64,000 nucleotides of DNA, from assembly GCA_963735085.1 (NCBI GenBank), contig CAVTJP010000005.1, forward strand, positions 1,213,001 to 1,277,000, written 5' to 3'. Position 1 is the first letter of the stretch; each line of letters starts with the position of its first letter. The notes beneath the pieces are model-generated. The model saw nothing but the letters and a program-made list of their open reading frames with translations. It had not been told where the DNA came from and ran no database searches. The translations under genes and the position numbers were made by a program. Source of the DNA: an uncultured Gammaproteobacteria bacterium. GTDB lineage: Bacteria; Pseudomonadota; Gammaproteobacteria; Pseudomonadales; Azotimanducaceae. Shown here piece after piece: positions 46,816 through 54,041 of the stretch.

Positions 46816-48762
46816 TTACCCGCGAATTTGCGCCGCGCGTTCGAGCGCTTCGAGAAGCTGCCGCCTGTAGACCGCCGTGTCGAGCATGTGCCTGCGTATC
46901 GTCTGGGTGGAGCCGAGCATCAGCTTCAGGCCGTCAGGAAGTACCGTCTCCTCAATGTGCACCGCGAGCACCGTGTTGCCTAGATCGTAGGCGAAGTTGA
47001 CTTCGTTGATGCAGTGATTCGATTGCACTGAGTTCGCGGAAATGAAGATGAGCAGAGCCGGCGCGCGTCGGATTGCGGCCGCTAGTTCATCGCTCCACCG
47101 CGAGCCCGCCGGAATTCCCTCGTCGTACCACACCTTGATGCCGCGTTCGGTCAGCCACGCTACCTCCGCATGAACGGTAGCCGCGTCGTCGTGTGAATAA
47201 CTGACGTAGACGAGCGGATCGTCACCGCGGTACGACGGAACGCGGATGCTGCGGGTAGCGGGTATCGGATCACGCCACTGCAGGCCGTGGCCGATGATGT
47301 TCGACCGGTCGACGTCATCGGCATAGCCCGGATTGATGGCGGCGATGTGCTCCGACAGCACCGAATGAAGCAGATAGTGCGACGAAGGAGGCAACGTGCG
47401 AGCGATGCCGAATCTACTTTCGCCCGGACCGAGGAAGCGTTGCATTCGGCGCCCCGAAATCGCATCGGCGACGACGATCCCGAGCAGCCCCACCTGATAC
47501 AACGCGGCGAAAGCCTCGCGACCGGTGGCGTTGCCTCGGTGCTCCGGCGCTAGATCGTACTGGTCCGCCAGTGCCGCAAGCGCTTCCGCCGACAGTACGT
47601 TGCGTGAAATTAACGTCAGCAGCCCACTCAGGTTCACGTCGCCGATGTGTGGCGCGATTTCGTTGAGGTACTCCTGGGCCACTTCCTTCGCTGCGTCGTT
47701 GACGGCCCGCTTGAAGCGACTTTCGATGAGACGTTCTTCCGGCTCCATTGACGTGAGCTTCTGGCCAACGCTCATCAAGTCGCGCGGGCGACGCAGCGTG
47801 TGCCGTTCGATGTAGCCGAACACTTCTTCTTCCACGCCGGTGAACCCGTGAACTGTCGAGCGGCGACCAACGAACGCTTCAAGGGGCGATGCGTCAAGGC
47901 GCTCCGGCATCGAGAGGTTGCTCTTGCGTTCGCGCAGAATGTTGTTGATGAAGATCTGTCGCAGCCCCGACTCGGTGTAGATCGTCTCGATCGCGCTGCC
48001 GCGATACTGCTGCACCATCGGGCTCGTCTCCGCCAGCCGGTCGAACGCTTCTTTGCGGACCGTCGCGAAGACTTTCAGATGTTTGGTCACCCGACGCAGT
48101 TGATACGCCACCTCGACGAGCGACATCTGCGACAGGAACCAGACGTTGGGCGATAGCTCTCCGGAAAAGCTGGCACGCCAGATCGGCGCATGAATGTGTT
48201 TGTTGAAGTATTCATCGACGCTATCGATGAATACACCCACCGGCGTGTTCAACGTACGCAGCAGCGGCACGAGGAGCGAGTTCGTCTCTTGTGCGCAGCG
48301 ATGCACATCACGTGGCGCGAAATCCAGCAGCACGACGAAATGATCGAGCACACTGCGCAGTTGCGTATTGCGCAACAGGTTCGAGAACCGCGGTGAAACG
48401 TCGAGCTGGTCCGGAAGTCCCGTCTGCTTCAAAACCGCGCTCGCGATCGCCGTCAGCCAGACCTTGTTCCAGGGATCGATGTCTTCGTAGAGGCCCAGCA
48501 GTTGCCGGCTGAATACCTTATCGCCGACGGGCTTGTCCAACAGCGCGTGTTGGGGGATGCATTGTTGGCCCGACTGCTGATAGCGGATCCGTTTCGCCTT
48601 CAGCAGAAGTGTTTTTCCGAAACCCTTTGGACCCACGACGATGAACTTGTCGTCGCGTCCTGTGTCGAGAAAGTTCTGAATCCACGCAGTTTTATGCAAC
48701 ACCTCATCGTCGTAATCGGTGGCAATGTGGATGTCGTCGGCGTCGATTGTCCACGGTCGCAT
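46816..48762 (-). CDS. P-loop (STAND-like) NTPase with C-terminal TIR domain
   Basis: Walker A GPKGFGKT (nt 48610-48633), Walker B-like VGVFIDSVDE, and an hhhTxR-like KVFATVRKE. The C-terminal ~135 aa (LVYVSYSHDD...LLIFISANSVQSNHCINEVNFA) looks like a TIR fold, with the conserved Glu at residue 587 (nt 47002-47004). Confidence 0.8.
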   Translation of the reverse strand: MRPWTIDADDIHIATDYDDEVLHKTAWIQNFLDTGRDDKFIVVGPKGFGKTLLLKAKRIRYQQSGQQCIPQHALLDKPVGDKVFSRQLLGLYEDIDPWNKVWLTAIASAVLKQTGLPDQLDVSPRFSNLLRNTQLRSVLDHFVVLLDFAPRDVHRCAQETNSLLVPLLRTLNTPVGVFIDSVDEYFNKHIHAPIWRASFSGELSPNVWFLSQMSLVEVAYQLRRVTKHLKVFATVRKEAFDRLAETSPMVQQYRGSAIETIYTESGLRQIFINNILRERKSNLSMPERLDASPLEAFVGRRSTVHGFTGVEEEVFGYIERHTLRRPRDLMSVGQKLTSMEPEERLIESRFKRAVNDAAKEVAQEYLNEIAPHIGDVNLSGLLTLISRNVLSAEALAALADQYDLAPEHRGNATGREAFAALYQVGLLGIVVADAISGRRMQRFLGPGESRFGIARTLPPSSHYLLHSVLSEHIAAINPGYADDVDRSNIIGHGLQWRDPIPATRSIRVPSYRGDDPLVYVSYSHDDAATVHAEVAWLTERGIKVWYDEGIPAGSRWSDELAAAIRRAPALLIFISANSVQSNHCINEVNFAYDLGNTVLAVHIEETVLPDGLKLMLGSTQTIRRHMLDTAVYRRQLLEALERAAQIRG

Positions 48763-48790
48763 TCAGTCACCGTCTTGCGGAGGTCGCGCA

Positions 48791-48819
48791 ACATTAGGAG
48801 ATGTCACCTGGTCAATCAA
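48791..48819 (-). promoter_or_regulatory. Putative sigma70 promoter of the NTPase-TIR gene (TTGATT-17-TAATGT)
   Basis: On the minus strand, TTGATT (48814-48819), a 17-nt spacer, then TAATGT (48791-48796), about 30 nt upstream of the ATG. Pattern match only. Confidence 0.3.
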
Positions 48820-48848
48820 ACCGGCACGGCGCCGCCTCGGTACAACCG

Positions 48849-49922
48849 CTACGGCCGCACTTCGTAGTACAGATTGCTCGGGTCCTCGAAGTCGTGTTCC
48901 GTGAACTGCGTGAACCCGGCTTCCCGAACCATCCGCTCCGCAACATCCGGGTTGAATCCAAGCGTGCCCAGCCCCGCGCCGCCGGGTTCGGACAACGCAG
49001 ACGACATGCATGCCGACACCGAGAAGCCGTAGAACATCGCGAGCATCGGATTGCGCATGTTCTTCTTGTAGTCCGCATTGCTGCGGATGTCCTTGATCAG
49101 CCACGTGCCGTCGGGCTTCAGCGTGCGGCGAATCGCTTCGATCACCTGCGCCGGTCGCGTCATGTCATGCAGGCAATCGAACGTGATCACGAAGTCGTAC
49201 GTCGGCTCCTTCGGTAATGCTTCTCCGCTCGCAATGAACGCCTGCATGTTTGTCAGGTTCTGCTCGCGCACCTTCGTATTGCAGTTTGCAATCGCATGGC
49301 TGCTCGGGTCGTAGCCGTGGAATGTCGAGTTCGAAAATACCGCCGCCATACTGGCCAGCGCGAGGCCGCTGCCGCAACCGACGTCCGCCACCTTGCAACC
49401 GCGTTCGAGTTTTTGCAGTACGCCGTCGAGCGCCGGGATGATTTTCGGTACCAGCGCCTGCCGCACCCACGGGCCGAGCATGCGTTCGGTGCGATGCGCC
49501 GCGTTCGAGCCGAGTTGTTCGTAGCTGAGACCGATGCCGGTTCGGAACGCATCACACAGCTTGTCGACGATCTCGGGTGCCGATGCAGGTGCGAATGCGC
49601 CAGCGGCGAATGCGAGACTGCCGTTTTCGTCGGCGAGCACCGCGGCACCGACCGGCGTCAGCTCGAAACGGTCGGTATCGTGATAGTCCAGCAACCGCGC
49701 GGCCGCTTGCCCCCGCAGCCATTCGAACAACCAGCGTTCTTTCAATCCGGTGCGTTCGGCAAGTTCAGCAGCGGTCACCGGACCGGCGTCCTGGAGCGCC
49801 CGATAGAGTCCCAGCCGGTCGCCAATATGAATCATCAGCGAGACCATCTCGCCCTGCTTGTAGCTCCAGACGTTGAACGAATAGCGCTTCAGCGCTTCAG
49901 GGTCGACGAACGGCTCAGTCAC
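48849..49922 (-). CDS. Class I SAM-dependent methyltransferase with N-terminal winged-helix-like domain (Rv2258c-like)
   Basis: N-terminal wHTH-like LGLYRALQDAGPVTAAELAERTGL..RWLFEWL. Motif I VADVGCGSGLA. Confidence 0.75.
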   Translation of the reverse strand: MTEPFVDPEALKRYSFNVWSYKQGEMVSLMIHIGDRLGLYRALQDAGPVTAAELAERTGLKERWLFEWLRGQAAARLLDYHDTDRFELTPVGAAVLADENGSLAFAAGAFAPASAPEIVDKLCDAFRTGIGLSYEQLGSNAAHRTERMLGPWVRQALVPKIIPALDGVLQKLERGCKVADVGCGSGLALASMAAVFSNSTFHGYDPSSHAIANCNTKVREQNLTNMQAFIASGEALPKEPTYDFVITFDCLHDMTRPAQVIEAIRRTLKPDGTWLIKDIRSNADYKKNMRNPMLAMFYGFSVSACMSSALSEPGGAGLGTLGFNPDVAERMVREAGFTQFTEHDFEDPSNLYYEVRP

Positions 49923-50078
49923 GTGGGTTCTCCTGTTGTGTATGAAAGCGACAGCATCGGATGCTAACGCTGCGGCACAGCACGCGCAAAAAGTAGACAG
50001 TAGCTAGACCCGCACTCATCCCAATAGCGTTACGAGTAACGTAGAATCTACTACGACAGCGCGATCTTTGGAGGCAGC

Positions 50079-50654
50079 ATGACGACTGAACGCTTCGAGT
50101 ACCTGGGCGTCAATCACGTGGCGCTCGTCTGCAAAGACATGAAAGAGACGGTCGATTTCTATACGAACGTGCTCGAGATGCCGCTCGTGAAGACGCTCGA
50201 AATTGGCAATCACGGTCAGCACTTCTTCTTCGACGCCGGCAACGGCGCGACGATTGCGTTCTTCTGGTTCCCCGATGCACCGGAGGCCGCGCCGGGCATC
50301 GCCTCGCAGGATCGACGGCCCGGATCGAATTTCACCACCGCGCACGCGTCGATGAACCACCTTGCGATTTCGATCCCGCTCGAAAAGTTTGATTCGTATG
50401 TCGAGCGGCTGAAGCAGAAGGGCATCAAGGTGCGCGTGATCAATCACGCGGACAATCCCGAGGGTTACACTGTCGGCGTCACCGACAGTACCTGGATCCG
50501 CTCCATGTACTTTGCCGATCCGAACGGCATCGCGATGGAACTCGCGGCGTATACCCGCGCGTTCCGTGCCGACGATGTGGTGCACACGCCGGCAACGCAC
50601 GCCGATCGCGAGCGTTACCTGGCAGCGCGCGCGTCAGCCAACGGCCGGCACTGA
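50079..50654 (+). CDS. VOC (glyoxalase/bleomycin-resistance/dioxygenase) family protein
   Basis: GVNHVALVCKDMKETVDFYTNVLEMP and a second beta-alpha-beta-beta-beta module (MNHLAISIP...). Confidence 0.75.
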   Translation: MTTERFEYLGVNHVALVCKDMKETVDFYTNVLEMPLVKTLEIGNHGQHFFFDAGNGATIAFFWFPDAPEAAPGIASQDRRPGSNFTTAHASMNHLAISIPLEKFDSYVERLKQKGIKVRVINHADNPEGYTVGVTDSTWIRSMYFADPNGIAMELAAYTRAFRADDVVHTPATHADRERYLAARASANGRH

Positions 50655-50680
50655 GTCGCGACCGGCCGGAGCAGCCAGGG

Positions 50681-51250
50681 CTACAACGGTTTGTAGCTGA
50701 ACTTCTGTCCGCCAACCGTCGCTTGATACATCAGGCCGCCTTTCGCGACGGTGAACACCGCCATGCCTTTGTAGTAAACGCCGGTGGTGGTTGCGTTTTT
50801 GTCGCCGCCGCTCGCGCCAGCCGAAGAGCCTGTCGTTGAAGCGCCTGCGTTAGCAGCGGCGGTGATCGCAACGGCGCTCGCTTCAGCGCCGAATTCGAAG
50901 TTGCCGTTCGTGAATTCGTCGAACGCACGCTTGTCTTCGAAGAAGATGATCTGACTGAAGGCCTCGACGCCCAGCTGAAAGCCGACTGAAAGCTGCGTCA
51001 TGCTCGTCGTGCCAACTTGTTTACCGCCGACATAAACTCTGCCCGAACCGTGTGCCCCGCCGATCCCGATGCCGCCCTTGCCGATCGTTGGGAATACGGC
51101 ATAGCCGTATGCTTTCTCGAAGAAGTGACTGCTTTCGCCCGCAGCTTTGAACACTGCGATCGTCTTTGCATAGTCGTCCTGATCTTTTGCTAAGGAGAAA
51201 GGTGCTGCAACAAAAAGCACCAGCATCATAGTGAGTTGTGCCACGCGCAT
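50681..51250 (-). CDS. SYLF (Ysc84/DUF500) lipid-binding domain protein, exported
   Basis: Signal peptide, then YGYAVFPTIGKGGIGIGGAHGSGRVY...GFQLGVEAFSQIIFF typical of the SYLF domain. ATG at 51250 with a GGGAGA SD. Confidence 0.75.
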   Translation of the reverse strand: MRVAQLTMMLVLFVAAPFSLAKDQDDYAKTIAVFKAAGESSHFFEKAYGYAVFPTIGKGGIGIGGAHGSGRVYVGGKQVGTTSMTQLSVGFQLGVEAFSQIIFFEDKRAFDEFTNGNFEFGAEASAVAITAAANAGASTTGSSAGASGGDKNATTTGVYYKGMAVFTVAKGGLMYQATVGGQKFSYKPL

Positions 51251-51386
51251 TGAAGGTCTCCCGGTTCTTGTTGGTTGATCCCGCGACGCGGGCAAAACAG
51301 CATGCTTGGCCGAAGCGAGGCGCGTCAAGAAGTTCGTCGCCGTCCGATGTTCCGGCACACGTGACGGACGGCCACGGGCAACCTAT

Positions 51387-51848
51387 TTAGCTCGCCTTCG
51401 CCCAGCCGGTCTCATAGTTGGCGCTCATTGCGGGGCCTTTTACGCGCAGATGGCGGATCTTCCATTCGCCGTTTACCCGCACGTAGTCCTCGTGATAGCG
51501 CGCCGTCAGCCACTTCGCCTGATTGCCGGCGCGCATCGTGAACGGACCGAAGAAGTACCAGACGGCGGTCGCCTGGTCGCCGTTCACTTCGATGATCGGA
51601 TTCATCACCATGTGCTGCGAATAGCTGATCGACTTCTGGAAGCCGACGAACAGTTCGCGGATTGCCGCATGTCCCTTGGCGTGACCGATGCCGCGACCTT
51701 GCCACTCGCCGTCTTCGCTGAAGATGCTCGTGATGCGGTCGGGGTTGTGGTCGTCATCGCAGATCGAGCAGTAGCGCGCTTTCAGCTGTTTGATTGCCTC
51801 GATGTCTTCAAGACGCGTGATCCGTCTTGCCAGTTCTTCCAGGTTCAT
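51387..51848 (-). CDS. SnoaL-like / NTF2-fold family protein
   Basis: LEDIEAIKQLKARYC...W.G...G..AI..F pattern and ~150 aa size. AGGAGA SD. Confidence 0.7.
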   Translation of the reverse strand: MNLEELARRITRLEDIEAIKQLKARYCSICDDDHNPDRITSIFSEDGEWQGRGIGHAKGHAAIRELFVGFQKSISYSQHMVMNPIIEVNGDQATAVWYFFGPFTMRAGNQAKWLTARYHEDYVRVNGEWKIRHLRVKGPAMSANYETGWAKAS

Positions 51849-51884
51849 TCGTCGTCTCCTGTGCGGGTGGCCCAGTGGCCGGGA

Positions 51885-52340
51885 TCAAGTCTTCACCACC
51901 GAAGTTCCGGCGGCAAAATCGTGAACGCAGCGCCGACTCTTCGCGAACACGAATAGCTGATCGATGAGTGGCAGCCAACACAATGCTGGAACGACCGCAA
52001 CGAACAGCAACGGGAAAAACAGCGCGCGGATGCAGACCAGCTTCCAGAATGGTGGACGCTCGCCCGTGGATGTCGCGACGATTGCGACCTTCATCAACCG
52101 TTTGCCAACGGTCTGGCCGCGCGTCAGCAGCCAGTAGCCGTTGAGGATCAGATAACTCAGAACGGCCAGCAGAAAGACGTAAAGTACCCATATCATGTTC
52201 TGGTAATTCTCGGCGTGCTCGACCACGCCGCTGATCATCACGAGCAGCAATGTGAGCGCGGGCACCAGTAGCGCATCGATCAACGTCGCAATAAGGCGCC
52301 GGCCCCGCCTGGCGAGTCGTTCCGCCAACGGCTGTGTCAT
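51885..52340 (-). CDS. RDD family membrane protein
   Basis: RRLIATLIDALL..., GQTVGKRLMKV and HDFAAGTSVV (R-D-D signature) with 3 TM segments. ATGA overlap with the upstream gene. Confidence 0.7.
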   Translation of the reverse strand: MTQPLAERLARRGRRLIATLIDALLVPALTLLLVMISGVVEHAENYQNMIWVLYVFLLAVLSYLILNGYWLLTRGQTVGKRLMKVAIVATSTGERPPFWKLVCIRALFFPLLFVAVVPALCWLPLIDQLFVFAKSRRCVHDFAAGTSVVKT

Positions 52341-53920
52341 GGGGCGGCCCCCGCCTCGAGTTGATACACCAGCAATACGTTGCCAGGCCTCTGACCGTAG
52401 CTGCCGTAGCCGGACGACACGATCAGCTGGTCCCCTGCGACCATCGGGCCGTAGGCATCGTAGGCGCCACCGGACCCCTTCACGCCGTTCACGGTCGTAA
52501 AGTCCTTCCAGCTGTCGTCGGACCACAACGGAGCACCGGTATCCGCGTCGTAGATCTCCAGAAATCCGTCGAGACTCCCTGCGATAACGAGTTCGGGCGT
52601 GGCAGTGATCGCCGCTGACAGCCCGCCGAAGCAAACGCGATCAGCACAGCGATTGGCGCGCTGGTGCTCCCAACGTGTCGCACCGGTCGCAATGTCGAGC
52701 GCGTGCAAGCCGGTCGCGGGCGCGTGCGACTGGTCGCCCCATGTCTCGATGTCGCTGATCGGCACGAACAGCAGGCCTTTCTGCTCGTTCGCGGCCAATC
52801 CCCAATGGATGCCCCCCAGTGCGCCGCCGCGGCCGAGGTGTCGCTTCCAGACCACGGCGCCGCTGTCCGGATCGAGCGCATAGATGTCACTGGATTTCTG
52901 CCCCGCGACCAACAGGGCTCTACCGCCCTGGCTGCGCACCAACATCGGCGGCGCACCGAAATCGAGATCCGGCCCGCGAGGGTCAGGGCAATTGGGTAGG
53001 CCGGGGATGTCGCATGCGGTGTTGTAGGCGTCTGCTTTGGTGAATTGGCGGACCCAGTGCTTCTCACCCGTTTTGGCATTCACGGCGAAAATTGCATCGC
53101 TGGTGTTGGTGGTGGGACGGCTGTAGTTCTCACCGGTGCCGAAAAACACCACGCCACGTGTGGCGTCGAGCAGCGGTGCTCCCCACACGGGCGCGCCGCT
53201 CGGCGCGTACTGCTCAATGAACAGCCAACGCCGACCTGTCTGCTGCGGAGGCGCGTCGATCGTCGGGCGGTACCACAGTTGTTTTCCGGTCTGCGTGTCG
53301 AACGCAGCCAGGCCCCCGCGCGTTGTGCAGCAACCGTAGAGCGGATTCATTGCCAGCGCCACTTCCAATGAAGACAGTGGCACGTACACGACGCCGTCGT
53401 GTACGACGGGCGTGCCCGAATAAAGTGGCACGACGGATTCAGCGGCTCTGGCGTGCCAGATCTCGGTGCCATCGCTGGCGTCGATCGCGTAGATGCCGTG
53501 AGTGCGTTCGAGATACAGCAGCGCAATGCGGGCGCCGATCCGCACGTGCAGGATGGCGCTGGAAATCTCGCCCTTCTGCTCGTGAACCCAGCGCTCACAT
53601 CCGGTCGCGCGGTCCAGCGCCACGATGCCGCGACCCGAATCGCCGATGAAGATCGTGTCTTCGCTGACGAGCGGCCATGAGCGCGGCTTCTTGTTCGCAA
53701 AGCCGTATGTCCACGCGAGCTTCAGGTGGCCGACGTTGGCACGGGTGATTGTCGTGTCGCGCTGCAGGCGCTGGTTGTCGAGATCGAATCCCCAGCCTTC
53801 GGAGTAGAAATGGGTGAGACCGGGTTTGGGCTCACATTGGGCCAGACTCACGTGCGACACCATAACTACCAGCGCGAACAGAATCGCTTGTGTAGTTCGT
53901 TCCGTCGCAACGTGAGGCAT
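52337..53920 (-). CDS. PQQ-like beta-propeller repeat protein, exported
   Basis: Signal peptide plus repeated ...G.V.A.D..TG...W blades (ALDRATGCERW, AIDASDGTEIW, AFDTQTGKQLW, AVNAKTGEKHW, ALDPDSGAVVW, ALDIATGATRW, IYDADTGAPLW). Confidence 0.75.
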   Translation of the reverse strand: MPHVATERTTQAILFALVVMVSHVSLAQCEPKPGLTHFYSEGWGFDLDNQRLQRDTTITRANVGHLKLAWTYGFANKKPRSWPLVSEDTIFIGDSGRGIVALDRATGCERWVHEQKGEISSAILHVRIGARIALLYLERTHGIYAIDASDGTEIWHARAAESVVPLYSGTPVVHDGVVYVPLSSLEVALAMNPLYGCCTTRGGLAAFDTQTGKQLWYRPTIDAPPQQTGRRWLFIEQYAPSGAPVWGAPLLDATRGVVFFGTGENYSRPTTNTSDAIFAVNAKTGEKHWVRQFTKADAYNTACDIPGLPNCPDPRGPDLDFGAPPMLVRSQGGRALLVAGQKSSDIYALDPDSGAVVWKRHLGRGGALGGIHWGLAANEQKGLLFVPISDIETWGDQSHAPATGLHALDIATGATRWEHQRANRCADRVCFGGLSAAITATPELVIAGSLDGFLEIYDADTGAPLWSDDSWKDFTTVNGVKGSGGAYDAYGPMVAGDQLIVSSGYGSYGQRPGNVLLVYQLEAGAAP

Positions 53921-54041
53921 GCTTGCGGTGATTCTGACGAGCTTCGACCGGCCGAATCATAACCCCCGGAACTTGTGCTGGCCTCGATCTTCGTGATCAT
54001 GAGGCGTTCAAGGCTGTACAAGCCATCGCAGAGGAGATCGC

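Noticed and set aside
45963-49922. Two methyltransferases flanking the TIR gene as a restriction-modification or BREX/DISARM-like system
   Set aside because: Both look like small-molecule class I methyltransferases. They lack DPPY/NPPY or cytosine-C5 DNA-methyltransferase motifs, and one has an Rv2258c-like wHTH N-terminus. No nuclease, helicase or specificity subunit is present, and the downstream one is convergent to the TIR gene.
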